Origin: Cenococcum geophilum
Taxonomy: Eukaryota
Length of the DNA: 64,000 nt
NCBI GenBank assembly: GCA_050273025.1
Contig: CP158636.1
Span: 6,634,001 to 6,698,000, forward strand
Direction: 5' to 3'
How positions within the stretch are numbered: position 1 is the first letter of the stretch; every line of letters starts with the position of its first letter. This document shows positions 1-13,014 of this stretch, in pieces. The position numbers were made by a program, and so were the translations under genes. The notes under the pieces are model-generated. The model was not told the DNA's origin. It did no database searches and worked only from the letters and a program-made list of their open reading frames with translations.

Positions 1-1038
1 TAATTTATATCTTTAATATAAAATAGAAATGGGGTATTTATAGAAATAACGTAAAAAGTAATATACCCTAAGGGGGTTTAAACCCTAATTATGCTAAGAG
101 AGATTATAGTACCCTTACTAAAACAAATTGTATATTAGCCTACTATTAAATAGTTAATCTAAACAGAGCTATTAAGCTACTAAAGGGCTTAAACTTAAGG
201 TTCTCCTACGGCTCTAGTATCTAGTATAATATTATAGGAGACGTTTGCTAAGTATTTATTATTAAAGGAGAATATAAAACTCTCCCTTAGCTTATTAAAG
301 ATATCTAACTTTATAATAGAGTAGAGCGTAGATTAGTTATTAAAAACAGTAACAATTTATATCCTATTTACCTTACCATACTTAGTAAAGTATTAGTTAG
401 GTAAGTAGTTCTTAATTTTTATATCCATAAAGAGCTGTTTAGTCTTATTAACCTTACCCTTAAGATCTTCTACACCTTTATATTAAACTAAAAAGCTTTA
501 AAAGTATACTATAGTAACCTTATAATTTCTAATATTTCTTATACTCTAACGGAACTTATTATATACCTCCTTTCGCTTATTAAGGGAGTATCTAGTTAAC
601 TAGTAATTTAGCTTCTTATAAACGTAGCACTTTTTTTAGCAATTACTTTAAAATAAATCTCTATAAGGACCTCTATAATTACCTTATAGTTAATATTAAT
701 TATACCCTTTACTATATTCCCTACTACGGCTACTATATATTTAGTTAGTCTAGTTATAATTATATTAGTTAGGAATACTTAGTTAGGTAGGGTTTTTGGT
801 ATAAAACTATTAAGATTCTTATATTTACATTATAGTACTTATAGCAGAGCGTAGCTTAGCATATACTTCTTTAAATATATTTATAGGTTTATATAGCGCC
901 AAATTGCACTTAGGAACGCTATAGTAGGCTAAGATAACCTAGTCCCTTAAGCTATTCTTATTTTAGTAAGTTTTAGTAAGGCTATATTAAATTTTCTAGA
1001 GTTTATTAAAGAGTAGTTAAAGGCACTCTAAATAAGTC

Positions 1039-4000
1039 TGTTCGTACTAACTTAATAGCACGAGTGAGTTAGATCCAGGGGCACGAAATACGTGTAGTAT
1101 TGTATGCTCTTTTGGATAATAGTAACTGTCGATTATATAAAGCAGACTACGTGGTCTATATACTAATGCGCCTCCCCCTAATTAGTTAGTGCTTTATAAG
1201 TGCACTAGACGTATAAGTAAGTGGTTAGTGTATTAAACGCGTAAACGCGTACCTGGTGTACCGAACGCGTAAGCACGCGGTCGGTATAGGTGCTATAATT
1301 ATATACTAGCGGTACTTGAAAAATGAAACCACCTATATATAGCTTCCGTAATTGCTTTAATAGAACTATAAAATATAGAAGAAATATATAAGAAATAGAA
1401 CTATAAGATGCGAAGGAAGTATATAGGAAATCTCCCCCTAAGGTGCTATCTAGACTACCTTTTAGACGGTGCTCCAAACTAGTTATAAGTTAGATCTTAA
1501 GGGCCGCTAAGGCGCTAGTGCTAAGCGACCTAATGGCGATTTTCTATCCTGGGGATAGAAAATCGTAATTGGTTAATTTAACTACCCTGCAAAATTCGGT
1601 AGGTTATATAAGTCCACTAAGTTCCACCGTAGCTTTCTACCGTTTTCTACCTATACCGTATAACGAGCCGTACGGCCTTTTAACGGGCCGTAAACGTACT
1701 ATAGGTGCTCCATTAGTCCCGTTCTACCCATTTTATAACTTTTAAGTTAAGCCTATTTGTATTAATTAGGGTTTTAAGGGCTTAATACGGCTTTGCCTTA
1801 GTTATGGCGTTTACTAGGTTGTTTCCGCCGCTGATCCATTTAACCTCCGTAATCTTGCGTTGTTTATAGGCCTAACGTAAGCACATTAGGTCGACTATAA
1901 GCCTCTTCTTTTATATTGTACCTAGTTTAACTAGGCAGTTATAGAGGGACTTTAAATCGGTGTATAAAACTAGGGGTAACTACTCTAGTTATAGAATCTT
2001 CTGGACCGTTAATTTAATTGCGGCTGCTATATTAAAGCTATAGGCTAGTATATATAGTTTAGAAGCTAGTATACTTCGGGTTACTTATTTGCACTTAATT
2101 AAAGACTAGTATAGTATATTTGCGTTCTAATTGCGGTCCGTAAGTACAATTATAAAGCCAATTTGTGATAATAGGTTTTTATTATTGGCGAAGGAGGCGT
2201 CCGTAAATACTAGTAGGCTAAGGGAGTTTAGGTCTAGTGGTATAAAGGTAAGTTCCCTTACTATATTGTTAATTTGCCATTAAATGCGCTTATTAAGCTG
2301 CTTAATATTTTCTTCTTATAGGTCTATTGCCTAGGCCGTAAAGGATAAGTTATAGGCAGATTTGGGTTAGCAGACTATAGTAATATAGGCGCCTCTTACA
2401 CGCTATATAGCGTATTAGTCCTTTATATTTATAGTCTTACGGGTCTCTCTATAGGAACTAGTAAGGTCCGTAGGCTTTACTATAACGGGCTTTAGGTTTT
2501 AAGCTTGGCGTTTCTAAGTTAGCTAGATTAAATTGCCCTTTTATGTAATTAAGCCTCCGTTAAACTTAATTGGAGTTTGCTTAGTTAACTACTCTTATAG
2601 CTTTACTAGGAACTTGGCTTCTTAGAGTTTAGTCTCTTTAGCATCTATAAAAGTCTAGTCCACTAAAAAGAGAGTATTATTTGTTTAGAGTTCAATAATA
2701 CTAAGGCCGTTTAATAGGGTGTATAGGAGGTAGAGGTCGTAGGTTGATTGTTCTATTTTAAGTTTACTAACGTGGTACTAGTGATATATCTTAAACCAAT
2801 AGTTTCTGGCTTCTAGTACTCCGTAAAGAGGTTTTATAACCTATAAAATTGTTCCTGGTTATAGGTTAAGCTCGCGGGGTAGTTATATAAAGATATCCCT
2901 ACTTAGGTAGGTATTAGACTACATGTAGGCTTATAAGATGTCCTATAAATATAGGGCTATGGGCTTAGTTTGCTATAGTCTAGGCGTAAGTACAAGTATA
3001 ATCCGTTAACTGACTTATTAAATTATAGGCGATTGCGTAAGGACTAAGTCCTTTCCCTAGTCGTTATAAGCTTATATAATAAGCCTTAACTTTTTAAAGG
3101 CTTTATTAGTACTAGGGTGCTTAATTTTGTTAATAAAGCGTAAGTTAAATATACGGACGCCTTGCGGAATGTCTTTCTCTATTATAACTATAAAGACGCC
3201 CTTCTTAAGTAGTCTGTTAATCTCTTTGCGTTATAAGTCTGTAAAAGGGGTTTCCTGTACTAGAACTAATATATCTATAGGCGGAGATTGCCTTACGGAT
3301 ATTCCTACGGAGGTTAGGTAATTTTTTATTACGGTGTTCTTAGTTATAGGGTGCTTTTAGGGGTGTCCTCAACCACGCTTTACGGTAGGTTTAGTAGGTT
3401 TTTAGGGGACTTCTAAGGTAAGCAGAGGTGCTTTTAGTTTATCTAGTTTAGCGGGTGCTTCCGGTTTATCAAGTTTAATAGGTGCTTTTAGTTTATCTGG
3501 CTCGGTGGGTGCTTCCGGTTTATCTAGTTTAATAGGTGCTTCTAGTTTATTTAGCTTAACGTTATGGGTGTTTTTGGGCCGAAAGTAGGGTTTTATAGAC
3601 GTGCTCCTAAAGCTGGTCGGTCTACTAGGGAGTTATATATAGTATATTTCGTTTTCTACGGCTAGTAAACGGTAAGGTCTCGTCCAGTTGCCGCTTTTAC
3701 GCCATATAAGGACTTTAGAATTAAGCGGGAGGTTATAAACTAAGGTCGTGTTAGGTTCGTTACGGTAATATAGGGCGCTATTAACAGCTTATTTGGCCCG
3801 TAATTTGACTATTTCGGTTATTACCTTCCGTATTACAGCTGCTTGTTCTATAATAGATAGGGCAGGAGGGCCTAGGTTACTTATCCTTAGGTAAGCTCCG
3901 TAAACTAAGAGGGTGGGTACTAATCCGTTAGGGCCAGCGGTGTTATTAACGGCTTTTACAGCTATCTATAAAGCTAGTTCCTTTTAAATATCCTTACACT

Positions 4001-7000
4001 CGTCTATAATGATCTAGTAAGCTCTCTATAGAGCTAGGTAAGCTCGCTTAATAAACCTAACGGACCAATACGCCTTAACTAGAACAGCTTTTATTAATAT
4101 AGCTATGGCCATAGTATACTGCTAGAATTCCTTGCTAATAAAGTTCCTACTAGCGTCGTAGGTGATATACTGCGGAGGTCTAACATATGTGTCGATCTAG
4201 TAGGTCCGTAAAATATCCTAAGTATATTTTATGGATATATTTTATAACTAACGGGCGGCTTAGTAGTAGGTTACCTCGTTAATTATATATAATACTGGAC
4301 TGCCGTTAATGTATATAATATCCACGTATACTAAGTAGTTAAAGTTAAGGTCCTTATAAAGGGTAAACTTAAATCGGCCTAGGGAACGTCCGTATTTCTA
4401 GCAGAAGGAGTAATATTTAGTTAGGTAATTAACTGCCTTCCTATTAACGTCATATCTAGAGCGTTTAAGGACTCTATATAGCTTTTTGGCTAATAGGTAG
4501 CCGAAACGGCGGTGCAGACGGTGGATCTCCGTACTAGTAAGGTAGCATAGGTAATAGTTAAAGGATTCCTAAATGTACGTTTATAGAGTCTCTCCCTATA
4601 TAAGGAACGGGTGTCTAAATTATCGTGTAATTAGTAGGGTAATATGCTTGCTTTCTGGGGCAGTTGCTAGGCCAATTAGGGTGTCCGTAACATTGTTATA
4701 GTATACCTATAACCTGTCTATATCCGCAAGGCAGAGTAAGAAAGGGGTATCTACTTTTACTATGTGGAAGTTAACTAGGCTAATTAGAGTCTTAACTGCA
4801 ACTGATCTAATTAATAAGGTTAAGCCAATGCTAAACTAGACGTTTACGGCCCTAGTCTACGTAGTATTAATATCCGTATTATTATTTGTGGTGGCCTTAT
4901 ATGCAAGGTATTGCCTATAGCCTGCGGTAGACTTCTTAGAGGCACCTGTATTAATTATAACGCCGTAGAATTCCTTAGGGGTATAGCGTTCTGTGGTGAT
5001 ATATATAAATAGGTCCTGCTTATAATCTATAATGTTTATAATAGGGGTGCTTACGGAATATTTTTTGGGCGTAACTAAGTATATAAAGGAACGGTCGGCT
5101 AATACGGTCGTAATATTAAAGGCTTAGCTATCCGTAAAAGGTCTAAAAGTGGTTAGGAATGTCTCTAAGGTCTCTTATTCCTAAGCGTTTAAGTTAAAGT
5201 TAATTATAAGGGCTTCTATTAACTTATTAGGGGGCTCTTCTACTTCCTTTTCTTCGTATTCTAAAATAAACTGGTTAATACGGCTATTAAGTCTCTTCCT
5301 AGACTTATTACGTTCTTTCTAGGTATGCCTTATAGACTAATATCCTTTCTTACCGCACACGAAGCACTTCTGGCTAGTTTATCTATGGGGGTATGTTTTC
5401 GTACGGGGGTTGCTGCGGGGGTTATGGGGACTTAGTCGGTACGGGTGCTGCTAGCAGTAATGGTGGTCCGTAAAGTAGACGTCTAAGTCTATTTACGGAT
5501 ATTAAATATCCGTGGTAAAGGCTTAAGTGCTACCTAGTGGGTTTAAGACTTTATACGTTATAATAGAGGATTGTAAATTGTTAATAAGGCCAGCTAAGGT
5601 GTCTGCAGGCTTATAATAGGCGTACTTATAGGGCTTTACTTTCTAGCAGGCCGTAATAAGTTTATTATACAGGAAGTCGTCTATTTAAAGCTTAGTGTTA
5701 AGGCCGTGCTATAGATGCCGGAGGTCTTTAATAAGAATTTGCAGGCACTCTATAGTCAATTTTTTAGTATTCTTGTCGATTACGGTCCGTAGCTTAGTCG
5801 CATTCTATTAGGTAAGAATATTACGCTTATATTCCGGTCCTTTAAAGTAGTTACGGGTAGCTTCGCATAGCTTATTAAAGGGAACACTAAGGGGGTTACT
5901 CTTAAGCTTAGTGTAGTAGTAGTTAAGTGCTAGGCCGCGCAGTATAGTAGAGTAGGCTTAGCTGAACTCTTATTTAGGAATGTTAGCCTTTTAGCAAAGG
6001 TCCGTAAAGATAGTTAGTTTAAAGTTAAAATTATCGTTTTCACCGCTGTACTTAGATTTATCGGTATAGAGCTTAGCCAGGTTAGCTAGTTCCTTGCTAT
6101 AGGTCTTTACTTAGGTGTGTTACGGATCTATAACTTACGGATCTGTGGCTTGCGGATATATGGCTTGTGGATATATGGTTTGCGGATATATAGCTTATAG
6201 ATCTGTAACTTAGGTAGGTTATAGATCTATAGCTTTGGTGACGGAAGGGTTTTAGTCCGTATTTTGATTTATGGGGGTATTACGGTCCGTAACTTGGGTA
6301 CTAGGTATGCTTTAGCCCGTAAGATTAATTCCGAAATTGCTTAGGTTTATAGAACAAATTTAGTTAAGTAGGTTAGGTATAAGGCTAGCGATGCTATTAA
6401 GTTTGGGAGAAGTAGAGAGATTATTAGTGGCTTTAACCTAGTCTAGGATTTTCTCTTTAGTCTATTCCGTTTGGTTCTCCTCCTGTATTGTGTTATATAA
6501 GGACTATATAACAGTAACTTATTTATCCTTTTTAACCTATATACCTTAGTGACGTAAAAGGGTTCGTAGGTTATGGATGGCAGTAGGGTTATAAGCCTTA
6601 AGAATAGCTTCCGTAAAGTCCGTAAAGTCTTCCTTATATTGCTCCCATAGGTCGTTGTTTAGAAGCTTATAGTGTCCGTATTTAAGGATTTTGAAATTAA
6701 TATAGTCGTTGACGTTGTCCGTAGACGTAAGGTCGACTCCTTAGCTCCACTTCTTTTAACCTTCGCTGATTTGCTTACTTGTATCTGCCATATTGTATAG
6801 CGTTATATATCTATATAAGCTGTGGCAGGTTATAGTAGCTTATAGCGGGTAAAAGAGGTCTTGTAATAGTCCGTAAAATTAATTAGCGGGTCCGTAACAG
6901 TTTAAGGGGTCTTATAGTGGTCCATAAAGGCGATTAACGGGTCCGTAACGGTTTATAGAAGGGTAAAGGTCTCCGTAAGGGGTCTAAAAAGAGGTCGGGG

Positions 7001-7536
7001 GTATTAAAGGAGGGTGTAGTAGAAATAGGGGTTTAAGGTTTGAAGAGGGTTAAGAATAGGGGGTTCCGTAAAGGTCTATATTCGCGTCTATAACTTCTAG
7101 TAAACCGTACTAAGACTTAAATAAGTATACAGAGTTGGTAATAGTCCGTAATCCCCGACTTCCGACCTTCTAGTAGGTCGTACTAGGAGTCTAAACAGGT
7201 AGTCGCTGTCGTGTATTGCTTAGGGGGAGGTATCAAGTAATTGCTGATCTATGCGCGCTTACTGATTAGTGTTCGTACTAACTTAATAGCACAAGTAAGT
7301 CAGATCCAGGGGCACGAAATACGTGTAGTATTATATACTCTTTTGGATAATGGTGACTGTTAATTGTATAAAGTAGACTACGTGGTCTATATACTGATGC
7401 GCCTCCCCCTAATTAGTTAGTGCTTTATAAGTGCACTAGACGCGTAAGCGAGTAGTTAGTGCATTAAACGCGTAAACGCGTACCTAGTGTACCGAACGCG
7501 TGAGCACGCGGTCGGTATAGGTGCTGTAATTATACA
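1039..7536 (-). mobile_element. Full-length Ty1/Copia LTR retrotransposon A1 (GalEa-like), RIP-degenerate
   Basis: 267-bp LTRs at 1039-1305 and 7270-7536 (TG...CA). TSD AAGTC at 1034-1038 and 7537-7541. Colinear with A2. Confidence 0.95.
1713..6791 (-). pseudogene. gag-pol of A1 (gag, protease, integrase, RT, RNase H) with many RIP stops
   Basis: Minus-strand motifs in Copia order: Zn-knuckle CFVCGK (~5370), integrase IHRLHRRFG (~4510), RT xSRLI/QAY region (~2900-3100), RNase H ADAITK-like (~1810). Confidence 0.85.
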
Positions 7537-9459
7537 AAGTCTTTATTAAGTTAGAAGTAATAACTCTTTAGAATATAATCTCCTACTATTTAAATATATA
7601 AAGCTAGCGATTCTTATTAGTCTTAAAGTAGGCTTTAGTAAGCTAAAGTATTATATTAAAGCTATAATTTCTACCCGTAATATAGTTATAATAAAATATT
7701 ACCGCCCGTCCCTTTAATATAACTAAAAAAGCATAATAAAACTAGTAGTATTAGATTTTAACCTTACTACAGTAGTTATAAATAACCTATAGTTTTGTTC
7801 TAAGTATATTATATAGTTCTTCTTTAAACTTCTTCTCCTTATCTAAATATACCTTTATTAGATTCGTGACTTCTTATAATAGAGGTTTACTAGTTAGCTA
7901 GAGTAAAGAAGCTAAAGGTAGCAAAGGTAGAGGAAAAGTACCTCTAGGTAGAAGAGTACCTTTAGGTAGGATAGTAGCATTCTAGGGGTTTTATTTTAAA
8001 TTAAAGTTGCCTTTTAAAGAATACGGGTTAGTTTTAGGTTTCCGTAATTAACATATAATCTTAGCTTCCGTTTATACTAGTTCTTCTATACTAATAATAA
8101 CGGCCTAGATATTACTAGTAATTAGGTTACTATTTTCAGCAATATATACCCTATTCCTATAGAGGAAGTCTTAAAAATCCTAAACAATATTAATATTGCT
8201 AAGTGCTTAGGTATTAGCAGTCCATCCTATAAAATCCTCCCTAAAATATTCCTATAGCTATAGATTGGTATAGTATCTACTTTAGTAGAATATAATACAG
8301 TGTAGGAGAAAGCCGTTAACTTATTTTGCGGTATAAGTTATTATATTAATAGTAAATTCGTCCTAATCTTTATTAATAAGTTTCGCGTATAAAGCTACCC
8401 CTAGTAGTAAGGAGTCTTCCTAGTTGTTTAAGGTAGGCGTAGCCATATTTTCGGGGGGAGGGAAGTATTATTAGGGTAGAGATTGTCGTTTAGTACGCGT
8501 TCGTTATTTAGTACGCGTTTATAATATATATTTACGATTATAGAGCTTAAGACCAGTTCTAGCCTTAAATCGCGAAGACTTATAAAGCGTATTATTCTGC
8601 GTAATAGACGCAAGAATTTATAATTTAGGAAAGGCTTAGGACTAGTTCTGGCCTTTAAATCCTTAGATTTGTAAAAGAGTTCTATTTAAGGTTTAGGACT
8701 AGTTCTAACCTTAAAAAACAGCTTCCTCTAGCACGAGTAGCACTAGTATAGTAGCTTATCTCTTCTTAGTAGAATACCTAGCTGTTTTATAGTATAATAG
8801 TAAAGTTAACCACTAATTAGTATTGGTTTTATAAGGTGATATCACGTATCTACAAGTTGTAGGTAGTATAATAATTGTTATTCTCTCTTCCTCTTGCTTG
8901 AGGAAGGGCGAGGAGCTTAGGGCTCCTCGCCACGCTAGTGCCGCGGCGACACGTGACAGCAACTTGCCTATATTCCTAACATATATCGTCTTATTATAGC
9001 CTATATTTTATTTTACTCTATTTTATCTCATTTTAGCTAAGTTTTAGACTTTAATATACCTTTAAGCTTTATTGGTTCTAATATATATATACTCTCTTTA
9101 CACTAATCTAAGATATCCCACCTAGATCTTATATACAGTTACTTATAAAATCGGCTTCCGGTTTTTACACTTTAAAAATTATTAGCGTACAGTCCTTACT
9201 ACAGCTTTTAGCATATATTTTACCCAATAAACCTATAGGGAGAAGTATACTAAAATATTGTTTTTCTATATTTATATTTATTTTATTTATCGTTAAGATT
9301 ATATTTAGATATTCTTTACTAAATAGCCTACCTCTCTAAGCACAAACTTATAGCAGCTATTAACTTTAAATAAGCCGCCTTAACTAGCCTAGTGGTAAAG
9401 CTTAAACGTCTAGTACTGTTTATACTATATAGCTGTCGCTACCGTTAGATGTTATTATT

Positions 9460-9540
9460 AAACGCTCCCTCTAGAACGCCTTTAAGAACTTCCTTTAGAA
9501 TTCCCTCTAAAACTCCTTCTAAAACTCCTTCTAGAACTAT
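9460..9540. repeat. Degenerate 12-bp tandem repeat (AACTCCTTCTAG-like) in the non-TE interval
   Basis: About six adjacent units. Plus frame reads APSR TPLR TSFR IPSK TPSK TPSR, possibly a RIPped low-complexity coding tract. Confidence 0.5.
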
Positions 9541-12500
9541 AGGCTCCCTTCTTAACGCCCTATCTAACCCTCTTTAGACGCCAACTTTAGACCTTTATAT
9601 TAACGGCCCTAATGCTAATAACCGTTTCCATTTCTTATATAAAGTATTACGGATGCTTTAAGTACAATGTTACGACTACTAGGAGAGGAGTTAAAAGAAG
9701 CTAGTTAGTTAATATAGGCACGGTCTAGAATAAAACTAGTTAAGCTATGTAATAAGGAATAGTAGCCAAGGTTATATAATATGCTATATATTAAACAGGA
9801 GGAACGTAAAGAACTTACGTACCTTATATACTATACGTATATTATATATAAGAAGGATTTCTTAGAAGTACAGTTGTGTATTTAAAAGACTACAGTCCCT
9901 ACCTAAATAGTTTCCTTCTTTATAGTAAATCTTAGAATATAATTAGAGTTAATCTATTAGGCAACCACTCTACTAGTTATTATTACGTTATTAACTTCTT
10001 ATTTACCTATATACCTAGCCTATTAATAAGTCTACCGTAGTATTTCCTATAAGGCTTTGTTATATATTTGCTACTAAGGTTATAGTATTAATAAAGTTAA
10101 ATAATATACCACTAAAAGCAGTAGCTATAACAGCGTCGACAGCAGCGACTATATTAGGGTTAGGTAACGATACTAGTATAGTAGACACTAACTCTTAGCT
10201 AGTTACCGTTGGACAGCTATAGAAAATAGTTAATTAATTAATAGATAATAATAGGATATTTAAAGAAAGGATTAATAGAATCGGAGTAGCTAAGGTTAAA
10301 TTACCCTTAATTAAGCAATTCCTAGAAGAGAAGTTAAAACTTAAGGGATTTCTTATGCAAATACACTTTAAGGTTATATAGGAAGGAGTTAAACTAAAAA
10401 CGCCTATAAATTAAGTCACTTACGTAGGATTATTCTTAACGGGAAGGGCACTTAAGTAGTTTAAATCTTACCTTATAAAGGTATAGGAATATAGTATAAT
10501 AACTACTAACTAGGAGGTATAGTATATATTCTTAAGTTAGAATAAGTTTATAGAACACCTAACGCAAATATTTAAAGACCTAGAGGTAACTACTATAGTA
10601 GAAAAAAAGCTTTAAAACCTAGTATAAAGGACTTTAGTAATTAAGTATACGACGTAGTTTTAAACGTTAGTAATATAAGTTAAATAGAATAATAAGGCGC
10701 TTATAGTATAGTATAAACAGGGATTTAAAGCAAAAGTTTAGGACGTAATTATTCTAATAGAAGATGTGGATACTTTTAGGGATTTAATTAATTAAGTAAT
10801 TAAGATTAATAATAGGATCTACTAAAGAGAGCAGACTAAGAAGGGTTAGGATAGAGTTTTATAGTTATATAAGGTGTAGGGCATATAATAATAAAGTTAA
10901 AGTTAGAAACTATAGTATGGCGCAGAGCTAATAGACCTAAGTAGTACTAAAGAAAATAAGAAATAAAATAAATAACTATAGAAACCTAGAGGATAAGGAT
11001 TAAGTAATTAAAGGTTTAAGGAGTAGAGGCTAAACTAGGGATCTTAGTAGTAGAAGACGTTTAAGCGGACTCTATAGTAAGAAAAATGGTTTAAAGAAGG
11101 AGCTTATATAAATTGCAGAAAATAGGGTTATTATATTAAAGACTGTAAAAGTAGGTAGAGTTACTATATAGTAAAAGGAACGAGACTAGTAGAAGATATA
11201 TATATATAAAGGGATAATAGTATACTATAAGGAACCAAAGAGTATTTAATTAAAAGCTTTGCGTTTTATTATAATAATATATACTAAATTTATAAGGACG
11301 CTAAGTATAGTGTAAGCTATTAGCTATAGGAGCTAAAATTATTAAAGTTTAGAGGAACTAACAAACTATCTTATAGATTAGATATTAAAGACGATAATAG
11401 AAGCCTAGTTAAACTAAGGCTAGAGCTAAGCTTAAGAAAGAAGTAAACTTAGGATTAAGAATCCTATAGGTGTCGGGAATACTAGCAAGTTGCCGTTACG
11501 TGCGGCAAGTTGCCGTCACGTGTTGCCGCGGCACTGGCGTAGCGAGGAGCCTTAAGCTCCTCGCCCTCCCTTATAAAGAGAAACAGAATAACAATTATTA
11601 TACTATCTATAAACCGTAGCTACGTAATATTACCTTATATAACTAATACTAATTAGTAGTTAACTTTATAGTTATATTATAGAACAGCTAGGTATTACTA
11701 AAAAGAGATAAGCCACTATACTAGTGCTACTTATGCTAGAGAAAGCTGTCTTTTAAGGTTAAAACTGGTCCTAAACCTTAAATAAAACTCTTCTATAAAT
11801 TTAAGGATCTAAAAGGCTAGAACTGGTCCTAAGCCTTTCCCAAATTACAGATTCTTACGTCTATTACGCAGAATAACACGCTTTATAAGTCTTTGCAATT
11901 TAAGGCTAGAACTAGTCCTAAGCCCTATAACCGCAAATATACGTTATAAACGCGTACTAAATAATAAACGCGTACTAAATAATAAATACATATTACGAAC
12001 GCGTACTAAATAATAATCCCTATACTAATAATACTTCCCTCCCTCCGAAAATATAACTACGCCTACTTTAAATAACTGGAAAAACTCTTTACTACTAGGG
12101 GTAGCTAAGTACGCGAAACTTATTAATAAAAATTGGGACAAATTCGCCTTTAATATAATAACTTATACTATAAAATAAGTTAACGGCTTTCTTTTACACT
12201 ATATTATATTTTACTAAAATAGATACTACGCCGACTTATAACTATAGGAGTATTTTAGGGAGGATTTTATAAGATAGACTGCTAATACCTAGGCACTTAG
12301 CAACGTTAATATTGTTTAGAATTTTTAAGACTTCCTTTATAGGAATAGGGTATACGTTACTAAGAACGGTAACCTAATTACTAGTAATATTTAGGCCGTT
12401 ATTATTAGTATAGAAGAACTAATATAGACGAAAGCTAAGATTATATATTAACTACGGAAACCTAAAAACAACCTATATTCTTTAGAAGGTAACTTTAATT

Positions 12501-13014
12501 TATATTAAAACCCCTAGAACGCTAACCCCCTACCTAGAGCTACTCTCCTACCTAGAGGTACTCTCTTACTTAGAGTTGCTTCGCCTTTACCTCCTCTACT
12601 CTAGCTAACTAGTAAGCCTTTATTATAAAAAGTTACGAATCTAATAAAGGTATATTTAGACGAAGAGAAGAAGTTTAGAGGAGAACTATATAATATACTT
12701 AGAGTAAAACTATAGGTCTTTTATAACTGTTATAATAAGGTTAAAATTTAACGCCACTAGTACCATTACGCTTTCTCTATTATATTAAAGGGACGGGCGG
12801 CAATATTTTATTACAACTATATTACGGGTAAAAACTATAACTTTAATATAATACTTTAGCTTACTAGAGCCTACTTTAAGACTAATAAAAATTACTAACT
12901 TTATATATCCGAATGGCGGGAGACTATATTCTAAAGAGTTATTGCTTCTAACCTAATAAAGACTTATTTAAAGCACCTTTAACTACTCTTTAATAAACTA
13001 TAGAAAATCTAATA

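Larger units (their letters stand above)
1..8981 (-). mobile_element. Ty1/Copia LTR retrotransposon B2 (GalEa-like), 5' part, RIP-degenerate; continues past the left window edge; interrupted by A1
   Basis: Reverse complement is colinear with B1. 5' LTR at 8821-8981, followed on the minus strand by CTAATTAGTGG. gag at ~8446-7542 resumes at 1038-1 into protease-region sequence. Confidence 0.9.
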
